Origin: Macrostomum hystrix
Lineage: Eukaryota; Animalia; Platyhelminthes
NCBI GenBank assembly: GCA_950097015.1
Contig: CATNEN010000003.1
Span: 5,022,001-5,086,000 of the forward strand
Length of the DNA stretch: 64,000 nucleotides
Reading direction: 5' to 3'
Of the stretch, positions 49,628 through 59,409 are shown one piece after another (the stretch's first letter is position 1; each line of letters starts with the position of its first letter). Made by a program: the position numbers and the translations under genes. The notes beneath the pieces are model-generated. The model searched no databases. It had not been told where the DNA came from and saw only the letters and a list, made by a program, of their open reading frames with translations.

Positions 49628-52600
49628 TGTTCTCAGGAAATTTGTCAATTTTTTTATAATGCAATTTTGCAAAAACAACTACCGTGTCATTTACGCTCGA
49701 ATATAAGTCTAACGAAAGCTTCCATTTTTCCAAGACTGATGATAGTATTTATCTAAAACAGAACCTGGATCTGAAAAAGTTCCTAGTTTTAAATGAGCAA
49801 TTAATTGTGCACACCTGAGATGATTGTGCAGTTACATGGCCTTGTCCAGTTGAGAATTGTTTAGCTTGCAACGGGCGAGGTGTCATTCAAAGTGCTATGC
49901 ACAATGGAACTGGGTACAACTTCATAAAAAAGAATAAATTCTATTGAATTTGATATCTTGCTTTGCTAAAGCGCAGTTTTCATTTGAGCAAAAAGAAATG
50001 ATAATACGTGAGCGCTACAGACTCAGCATGGCTTTTGAAGCGACAAAGACGACCTAGAGGCAGATCTAAATATGTGATGGGCTGAGCAGTGGCATGTGCC
50101 ATTAATTCATTGGTATAAGACTTAGAAATCTGAAGGGAATTTAAGTGAGCGTTAGTTGGTAACTAAAACTAAAAATAGCAACAGCAGAAAGAGCGAGCAA
50201 CTGAAAGGAGAATGATTAGACAAAACCCGCCCTGAGATCAATTAATCATTTCAGCACAAACCCAGCGCGGCAGGGCAGCAGCGGTGCTGACGTGGAGCTG
50301 CCTGAGACCGGATCCGCGGCTGTGCTGACGTGGAGCTGCCTGAGACCGGACCCGAGGCTGTGCTGACGTGGAACCACCCGAGACCGGACCTGCAGCTGCG
50401 CTGACGTGGAGCTGCTGGTATCAACCCGGCCTGTCCCGACCCACAGCTGCCTGAATCGACCCAACCCAGCCGAAACTGGAGCCGCCCGGACCCGATCGGG
50501 AACGAGATCTGGAGGAGCCCGGGATCGCACAAGAAGACGGGATCGATGAAAGGAGAGGGGATAACGAACAATAGGAAAGAGATCTCAGTAGAGGGAGGAA
50601 CGCATCCTAACTCAGCTAAGGCATTTTAAGAATTTTACCCACCCTCCATAGGAGAGGGGTTGGTGTGCCTGCCAAACAAGTAGCATAATGACTAATGACT
50701 GTAATAGACTAGAGGCTGCGACCTCAACCCGCATAAATTCTCTCGCCAGATGTTGCTACGGTATTGCCCCCCTCGGATCGAGGGGTTTTAAAGATAATAT
50801 ATATATCGGTGCGGAGTGCGGGAAAAGATCCGCCGCTCCAGTTAGTTATAGACTCACTTCGAGTTCCGTTTAGATAAACTAGAAAATCATTGTGTTTGCG
50901 TTCTTTCTTAAGTAGGATCAGCGATAACGATCCAGAGAGATCACTACGACCAGCCGAAATACTGAGCTTCGATAGTCGTTAGGAGTTATAGCCTTCAAGA
51001 CCTTTAGACTGCAATAAACCGCTAGACAAACTATAGGAAAACTACAAGTGAAGAAGAAGAGACATCAAAACTTGAAGCGCTATAATTGGTGTACACAAGA
51101 TAGTACATTAGATTCTCTAATTAGTATGAGTGAAATGGATAGGTGTTTTGCAAGCGCTGACCTGCCCTCGTGAGAGAAGACTCCTAAGGCGGGCGACAGA
51201 GTCGCTAAAAATCCGCCTTAAAGATCCGCCTAGCTACACGCGGGATGCCGCGGAGAGAGAGATGAGATGAAGGGAGAGAGAGAAGGGAGGTTCAGCGGAT
51301 GCAGGGAGTGGTCCTATCGGCCTCAGGCTGGCCAGTCCCACTCGTCCCATAGGCCACAGGCATGACTGCCGTGCCTACCCCAAGCAGTGCTCGAAACCGG
51401 CTAAAAGTCTAAGGAGAGGTGTCGGACTGCCCGGAATCGGACAGGACAGGGCTAACTAGTCTACTGTCGTCAGAAGTGCGTGCGCAACTGACTCCTAACC
51501 TTGGTAGCGGTGGTCGAATCGGCCTAGGCTCCTGTCACAGAACTGCGGAAAGGCTATCGGCAAAGCGGATAGTTTATCGAGGGTAGCGCCACCACCCAAT
51601 GCGCCTACGTTGCCACCGCAGGCATTTGGGAACTTGGGTCCCCGGAGTACACAGCTCCTAGTTTATCACGCAGATCTAGACAAGCCGAAAAATAGGGCAT
51701 TCTGCAACTTCCGTTTTAGACTGGGGTGAGAGCCCCAGAATGGATCGAGACACGCCTCAAAAGGGGATTCCTGAATTCGCGCTACAGGGGTCTAGAAAGG
51801 TGGTACTCAGAACTCGAATGAGAATCCATAGCTACTCATGAACATCAGACACATTCTTTACATTAGACTGCAGCCTACACATTAAGTAACTAACAAATCC
51901 GAGTCTGTGTGAGTTGAGGAAATCAGAGGCTGGAGGGATTAAGCAGAACACTGGCTGAGTGATTACGCAAGCGCTGATTACTTAAACCTCGCTCCCGCCC
52001 CTGTGGCGGCAGTTGCAAGAGGAGGGGGGAAAGAAGGGGAACTCCATTGGCAAGGGAGTTTGGCACGTACCCCTTTGATCTGCCGGGAAGAGAGGAAAGC
52101 CCGCCAAGGAATCCCCCACACCCCGGCAGAGGTGCACAGCTACGCTCCGCATCTGCCCGCGAATCCCTAGCTCCCTATTACTCTTATGCGCGCGTGCAGT
52201 TGCCTTCCTGCCGCAGCCTTCAGCTCGGCGTCACCAGAGCCCACCCCCTAGGAGATTAGCCACTCATCTCTGAGGGCTGTCTAACGGATAAATAAAACAG
52301 AGGCGGACGCAGGATGAGAGGATTTAAATTGTGCTTAAATTGGCCTAAAGTAATTAGTGGCTAGAGTTGTAATGTTTATTAAGCCAAAAGTCCTAGCCCT
52401 TGCCCACTAAAGTGCCGCCTAGCTTAATAAATAGTCCCTTAGGATTAGCAATTAAAAACCGCTGCGCGGGTTACTTATCCGGATGTCGATCGGCCGCGTG
52501 CTGCAGTCCCGTAGTTCTCGGGGGTGGGGCGGGCAAGATTAGCGAGGACGGAGAAGGGAAAGCTTATCGCAATGCTGGCAGGGGCCAATACACCAGGAGC

Positions 52601-53749
52601 TCAAAGGCTCAATTAGAGGGCTCACCTAAGGAGGTGGCTGTCGCTTCAGAGGGGATGGGAGCAGGCAATGGGCCTGTGAGCGCTGGTCTGAGCTTATAGC
52701 TCTAGGGTCTAAGCCCTATGTGGGGGAATTAGGTCCGGAGTAAGTGTCCTGGGTCCGGTGGGAGTCCGGCCCGGCAAAGGTAAGTCCGGCGGGGGAGAAG
52801 AAGGTCGGAGATGGTCCGCCGGGAAGGTCGAGGTCCTAGAGGGAGCAGCGCGGCGCGCTTGCTTAAATAGTCTTCCAGCACGCCAACCCCGACATCCATC
52901 AAAGCAGCCCGCATTCGCGCCAGCCTGTCAACGGGGAATCGAAACGGCGATGGGCCGCCCCGATTACCCAATGAACCGACGGCGGGAAACGACAGATGTT
53001 CTGCGCGAACAGCCGTCGGCAGTCGGCCAATGATTGTTACTCCGCCGGGACAATGGGAAGCGCAGGCGCCGACCTGACTACAGTGACATTTACATGTATC
53101 TAAAGGAGGAAGGTCATAAAGTCGAGCTGGGCTCGAATACTGTAAAGAAGTGGGGACATGAAGAATTAATGATCACTCATAACGCCCGAGTGACTCCCGA
53201 TATCTGATCGCGGTTTGGAGGGGAATTATGACCTAAACTACTCATACAATAAAAGCTATGGCCGCGATCAGTCATTCCTACAGGAGTCTAGACAGATCCA
53301 GGGAAAAGGGATTCGACGGCTACTTGACGGTGTCGACGGCTATTCGACGGTGTCGTTTTTACATAGCGAATGGTTCGCTTTAACTACTTGAATGTAAGTA
53401 GTATGTCACCTAAATATAAACAGTCTCATCATTCATGATTTTGCAATCAATGCAATTACTTACCTATTTAGCTTATTAGCTTTAAATGAGTTCGTTAATA
53501 AAAGCTATGAGCTTATTGTCCTTCAAAAATTGACAGCCTATTGAACGAGCTACTTAAATAAAGAAGTTAAGAAAGTTAATGACCAAGTGGAACAAACTTT
53601 TACCAAACTAGGAAGTTATTGCCCAATATTTTGCAATGCATACAGTTTAAATGCTAGTATATTTGAAGCAGCTTTCAAAAACATAAAGTGCACAGAACTA
53701 CTTAAACCTTAAAATGTTAGCAGTCGGTGCTCAAATAGTGCCAGGTCTC

Positions 53750-54795
53750 CAAATGGTGGCAGCAGGTGTTCCAATGATGGCAGCAGGTGTTCTAATGGTG
53801 GCAGCAGGTGTTCCAATGGTGGCAGCAGGTGTTCCAATGATGGCAGCAGGTGTTCTAATGGTGGCAGCAGGTGTTCCAATGATGGCAGCAGGTGTTCTAA
53901 TGGTGGCAGCAGGTGTTCCAATGATGGCAGCAGGTGTTCTAATGGTGGCAGCAGGTGTTCCAATGATGGCAGCAGGTGTTCTAATGGTGGCAGCAGGTGT
54001 TCCAATGATGGCAGCAGGTGTTCTAATGGTGGCAGCAGGTGTTCCAATGATGGCAGCAGGTGTTCTAATGGTGGCAGCAGGTGTTCCAATGATGGCAGCA
54101 GGTGTTCCAATGATGGCAGCAGGTGTTCTAATGGTGGCAGCAGGTGTTCCAATGATGGCAGCAGGTGTTCTAATGGTGGCAGCAGGTGTTCCAATGGTGG
54201 CAGCAGGTGTTCCAATGATGGCAGCAGGTGTTCCAATGATGGCAGCAGGTGTTCTAATGGTGGCAGCAGGAGTTCCAATGGTGGCAGCAGGTGTTCTAGT
54301 GGTGGCAGCAGGTGTTCTAGTGGTGGCAGCAGGTGTTCTAATGGTGGCAGCAGGTAATCTAATGGTGGCAGCAGGAGTTCTAATGGTGGCAGCAGGTGTT
54401 CTAGTGGTGGCAGCAGGTGTTCTAATGGTGGCAGCAGGTGTTCCAATGGTGGCAGCAGGTGTTCTAATGGTGGCAGCAGGAGTTCTAATGGTGGCAGCAG
54501 GTGTTCCAATGGTGGCAGCAGGTGTTCTAATGGTGGCAGCAGGTGTTCTAATGGTGGCAGCAGGTGTTCTAATGGTGGCAGCAGGTGTTCTAATGATGGC
54601 AGCAGGAGTTCTAATGGTGGCAGCAGGTGTTCCAATGGTGGCAGCAGGTGTTCTAATGGTGGCAGCAGGTGTTCTAATGGTGGCAGCAGGTGTTCTAATG
54701 GTGGCAGCAGGTGTTCTAATGGTGGCAGCAGGTGTTCCAATGGTGGCAGCAGCAGTTCTAGTGGTGGCAGCAGGTGCTGGAACCCTGGCAGCAGA
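53750..54795. repeat. 21-bp minisatellite (ATGGTGGCAGCAGGTGTTCYA), ~49 copies
   Basis: Direct observation; open in three frames. Confidence 0.95.
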
Positions 54796-55061
54796 CTTTA
54801 TGATGACGGTAGCCGGTGCTTCATTAAAAATACATTTAACTGGTACCAAAACTTTTCCTGCATATTTAAACTTAGAATTCACAGATCTCGTAAAGTTCTT
54901 ATAATTTTATATTACATTCGAGTCATAGAAACAGTTTTTGCAGCTAATTTTCTCGTATTAGTGCATTTCGGCGCCGAGCTGGTACAACTGAGCTAATTAT
55001 TTCACTGCCTCTCAGTCACGTTCAACGCGTGTAGATACAACTCAATGCAAGTAATTACATT

Positions 55062-55787
55062 TGTTGTGTCTTGGCCTAAAGGCCGACGGAGGGAGATGGG
55101 ATTGGGTCCACCGCCCGAGACACCCAGGTCCCAGCCCAACCCTGCCTGGGCCTAACAATTCTGATTGGTTCCGCGAGAGTTCGCAAAACCAACCACCCTG
55201 GGACTAGCGAGAGTTCACTCGTCTCAGGTCCCTAACGGAGCGAAAGTTCACTCAGTCTTCCCACCGGCCCAACGCGGCACTCCCGGAAGAAAGAAGACAC
55301 GAACTCACCTATGCTTTCTCACGCATACTGATGAGTGAGAAAGCGGAACGGCGTGTATTGGCGGCGCGTGAATAATAAACAAGACCCGGACTGGCAGATA
55401 GAAAGAACAGGTTGATAGAACTATGACAGATGATTGAACATAAGCGCGCGGATTTGCAGATAGAAAAACAAGCTTATATACTTACGGTACAGGGGTAGTG
55501 AAGGGGGAGAGAGAGACGATCCACAAAGCCTGGAGCCACAGGACTTACCGGCTCCCAGCCAATGCGAATGGTCCAGGCGGGGGAGGGGTGGAGAGGTGGG
55601 GTGGCGTGGCTAGCGCTAGCGCACGGGCAGGTGGGCGCAGAGCAGAGAGAGGGGGTAGGCCAGGGTTGAGGCGTAAGCCTCATACAAACCCTGGCCTAGG
55701 CAGGCACGTGCACAGGAAGGGTGGGACAGACATAAACAACACGGGTCACACACAGAGCAGGGCAAAGTGCATCTGCACGGCACAACA
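55062..55787. mobile_element. Solo LTR (726 bp)
   Basis: Termini TGTTGTG...CACAACA (7-bp inverted repeat); 4-bp TSD CATT at 55058-55061 and 55788-55791; AATAAA near 55374; no internal domain. Confidence 0.75.
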
Positions 55788-56299
55788 CATTGTTAGTATA
55801 TTTTACTAGCACATTAAGCCCCCCAGCAGAAAAGAACTAATTCCCCCCAGCAGCAGAGAACTAATTCCCCACCAGCAGCAATAAGAACCCTTATTAACCG
55901 TTCAACATATTAAAAAACTTTTAGATACATTCAGAAAACTGTTGGACACTTTTCTCGATTGAAATTGAGACAAGGTTTGATCATTTATCTATATTGTAGT
56001 AAGAAAGGAGCAGATGTCTCGCTTGCATTTAGCAATATGTCGCTGAATTGAAGTTTACTATTCACATTTTACCTATTCAAATCAAACACACACACACGGG
56101 TGAGAAAAGCTGTGATGTAATCTGTTTATAAATTCGCACTGACTGTCTCGCCAGTGCGGTTGACGCAGCAATATACATTTGACACAGTGGAATTCTTTTC
56201 AGTGTCCTCACAAAACACAACTGGCCTGATGCAATCATTAAAATTGGCAGTGGTATGCACGTTGACAAAACTGGCTCTGATCTAATGCATAAAAAATCC

Positions 56300-56405
56300 T
56301 TTCTAAAACTGTTTTTGGAAATACGTGTATAATTGTCCCCATATTTGGCATCTTTTGGAGAAGAAATGGTGAAAATCGGTTGAGCCGGTCGGGAGAAAAT
56401 CAATT

Positions 56406-56493
<88 letters not shown>

Positions 56494-56500
56494 ATCTAAA
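56300..56500 (+). repeat. (CAAG)n microsatellite, probably part of a Helitron/Helentron-type interspersed element
   Basis: About 21 CAAG units at 56407-56492, preceded by GAAAATCGGTTGAGCCG, a layout recalled from DINE/Lep1-like elements. Confidence 0.6.
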
Positions 56501-56563
56501 ACAGGCAGAAAATGACGTAAAACGTCTCGTCTCAGCATCTCGTTCATCCGGTGCTAAACGTCT

Positions 56564-57319
56564 TCAAAAGCTTCTAGTCCAATCTCGACTTCTGGTTTGA
56601 TCAGGTTCTAAAACTTCTGGTGCAGGCTCGACTTCTGGTTGATCAGGAGCAGGCTCGACTTCTGGTTGATCAGACTCGACTTCTGGTTGATCAGACTCGA
56701 CTTCTGGTTGATCAGACTCGACTTCTGGTTGATCAGACTCGACTTCTGGTTGATCAGACTCGACTTCTGGTTGATCAGACTCGACTTCTGGTTGATCAGA
56801 CTCGACTTCTGGTTGATCAGACTCGACTTCTGGTTGATCAGACTCGACTTCTGGTTGATCAGGTGCAAGAGGCTCGACTTCTGGTTGATCAGACTCGACT
56901 TCTGGTTGATCAGACTCGACTTCTGGTTGATCAGGTGCAAGAGGCTCGACTTCTGGTTGATCAGACTCGACTTCTGGTTGATCAGGTGCAAGAGGCTCGA
57001 CTTCTGGTTGATCAGGTGCAAGAGGCTCGACTTCTGGTTGATCAGGTGCAAGAGGCTCGACTTCTGGTTGATCAGGTGCAAGAGGCTCGACTTCTGGTTG
57101 ATCAGGTGCAAGAGGCTCGACTTCTAGTTGATTAGGTGCTGGGACCTCTGACTCATGAGGTGCTATTAAAACCTCTGGTACAGGCTCGATTTCTGGTCCA
57201 TGAGTTTCCAAAGTTATTTGGTGCATGCCTATGCGCAGATCATCTTGTTCCGGTTCATAAAGCACTAGGTCGAATTTGAAAGAAGTCGAACCTGGCTTTT
57301 TTCGCGAAAATTCACAGTC
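56564..57319 (-). CDS. Putative terminal exon encoding acidic Pro/Glu repeats (QPEVESD/QPEVEPLAPD)
   Basis: Acceptor CCCTGCAG| at 57320 is in frame with ORF 56564-57265. Unique lead-in, then degenerate, then perfect 21/30-bp units. Upstream exons not identified. Confidence 0.4.
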   Translation of the reverse strand, partial: DCEFSRKKPGSTSFKFDLVLYEPEQDDLRIGMHQITLETHGPEIEPVPEVLIAPHESEVPAPNQLEVEPLAPDQPEVEPLAPDQPEVEPLAPDQPEVEPLAPDQPEVEPLAPDQPEVESDQPEVEPLAPDQPEVESDQPEVESDQPEVEPLAPDQPEVESDQPEVESDQPEVESDQPEVESDQPEVESDQPEVESDQPEVESDQPEVESDQPEVESDQPEVEPAPDQPEVEPAPEVLEPDQTRSRDWTRSF

Positions 57320-57334
57320 CTGCAGGGATGAATG

Positions 57335-57926
57335 TGTTGTAGTGCTTCTTTTACAATTGCACTTTTCTAGTAATTCAAACTCTCCTCATACTGTAAGTAA
57401 TTGGCCTAAACTTCTGACTTATTGCCTGTCAATCATTTTAGAATGACATATACATTATACCACACCCCTGCTCGGGTGGACTTATGCAAACTACTGATAG
57501 TTTGGGTAGCGTGGCTCTTTGTCACGATATTTCTGGCCTCCTGCCAGTTATATTCTAGATATTAAATCTAGTTAGATCTGGAGACAATGCTCTCAGGTGA
57601 TTCAGACAAGTTTTGTCAGGTAATTCAGGCTCTCTGGCCAGTCTGTACTCGGGCTTCCCCGGATCGGTTTCAACGGCTTCCACTTACTTTAGAAATAAGT
57701 AAGGCTTGTAAGATTGCTCACGAGGAGAATTGAACTGTTTCTAATAATGGGCACGAAACGGTTACTGTCTTTATCACTTCCCGCCTCTATTTATAGCAAT
57801 ATTCCCAATACACTCAGCATACACACGGTATATTTCTTTTCATCTTAACAAATCACATAAGTCGAATATTATAAGTATACGCACAGCATATTTTTAGCAC
57901 GAATTCAAATATAGCCTGTTATAACT
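57335..57926 (-). repeat. 3' LTR
   Basis: Matches 63478-64000; inner boundary inferred from the PPT and imperfect terminal IR AGTTATAA...CTACAACA; TATAAATAG near 57787-57796. Confidence 0.85.
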
Positions 57927-58189
57927 GCCTCCTCTTAATAATAATACTGAATAATTAAGTGAAGTATTATTAGCAAAAGTACGTAGCAAAAGATGTTAGC
58001 AAAATAAAGAGTTAACATTCGTAGATACCAAGTATAGTGAAGATAAGTAAAATACACAAAGTTTCATAAAACATACACAAAGAAAGCAAAATACGTAGCA
58101 AAAGTTTCAGAAAGATGTTAGCTAAGGATTAACACTTTGCAGAAAAATAAATGTCCATAAAAAATTGATAAAACACTTAGTCAATCCCT

Positions 58190-59056
58190 CTAGAACTCAA
58201 ACTGCGGTGGTGGTTCCTCGTAGTGGATCCAGCCTAGCTGGATGAGGATCCAGCGTACCTCGATGTTCAGTAGGGTCCGGAAGGCCTGCCTGTCGCCTGC
58301 ATTTAGAGCTCGCCGTATCCTGTCGGCGACCGTCTCCATGGCCGTAATGGCCCCTGCCGTGTCCGTCGCACTGCGTAGGGAGCGAATTGAAGGCCATATG
58401 TGCGCCCTCTGCGGCAGTGCTTGGTCATGGCGCAGGAACACAATTTTTAGCAGATATTGCGTCAACTTGTGCTGTGCTTTGGCCACGCGCTCTTCGCGGG
58501 TCCCGATTCTGGGTGGTGGAATCCTTGACGCAGCCGGCCGATCGGCCCGGCCATGTGCTGCTGCAGACCGCGGTGGCCAATTATCCTCCGGCGTGGATAA
58601 CTTCTGAGGCCGTGGAGCCAGCGGCTGGCGTGACGGTGGTCTGTACACTGTTGATTGCGGCTTTGGTTGTTGCACCACCTTTGTCGGTTGTGATGGTCTA
58701 TGCGCAGGTGGCTGCTGCAATAGCACTGTAGGCCTACGAATCTCGGCTGTAGATATTGGCAGCCTAGAGACTCGGCTTTGCGGCGATCCTCGTGGTCGAT
58801 TCTCTGGTTCCAGCCGCGGGCTTGAGGTTCTCATCCGCTTGACAGCCGTGCCCCTATAGGCAGGTGGTTTCGGCCGCGTGGCCTGCCGCAGCGGAGCGGC
58901 CAATTCGTTGCGTGGCGTGGTGTCAACCACATTGCACTCGCCTATTGGCGGCTCAGTTTCGCTGCCTGCTGGCAGGACTTCCACACTCACTCCTGTGAAT
59001 TCATTACAGTCAATGAGTTCTTGTAAGAAATCACTCAGTGAGGTATTTTCGGCCAT
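58190..59056 (-). CDS. Retrotransposon ORF3, unknown function (~288 aa)
   Basis: Intact ORF from ATG 59056 (MAENTSLSDFLQ), between pol and the 3' LTR. Pro/Arg-rich linker and a helical-looking C-terminal ~100 aa; no signal peptide or TM. Confidence 0.7.
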   Translation of the reverse strand: MAENTSLSDFLQELIDCNEFTGVSVEVLPAGSETEPPIGECNVVDTTPRNELAAPLRQATRPKPPAYRGTAVKRMRTSSPRLEPENRPRGSPQSRVSRLPISTAEIRRPTVLLQQPPAHRPSQPTKVVQQPKPQSTVYRPPSRQPLAPRPQKLSTPEDNWPPRSAAAHGRADRPAASRIPPPRIGTREERVAKAQHKLTQYLLKIVFLRHDQALPQRAHIWPSIRSLRSATDTAGAITAMETVADRIRRALNAGDRQAFRTLLNIEVRWILIQLGWIHYEEPPPQFEF

Positions 59057-59118
59057 TATGGCGAGTTGGCTGTATGTCTCAGTAGAGCACTTAGCTAGCG
59101 CAACCCTTGTTCCGAGGT

Positions 59119-59162
59119 GGCCCTTTATATAGTCACAAAATGGGCGAGTGCCTGACCAATAG
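59119..59162 (-). promoter_or_regulatory. Putative internal promoter for ORF3
   Basis: TATATAAAG (59123-59131) ~70 nt upstream of ATG 59056; CCAAT at 59156-59160. Confidence 0.45.
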
Positions 59163-59409
59163 GATGCCGAGATTTTGTTTACAATGAGGATATCGATATG
59201 TATACAAAATATACCAAATAATATGCGGAGAGTATTTAAAATATTTTCGTGACGCAGTCTTATCGTAAGAATTACACAACAATACAAATTTGATACACGC
59301 AGGATATATTGGCGATATAGGTATCGCCAGATTACACAATAATACACGAGGAATATGTGAGCAATATCATCACCCATTGGCTTACTGGCCTGGGGTGGTG
59401 GGCGTTCGC

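Noticed and set aside
58190-59377. ORF3 as env or a DIRS tyrosine recombinase
   Set aside because: No signal peptide, furin site or TM; no RHRY tetrad; the element has direct LTRs with PBS/PPT.
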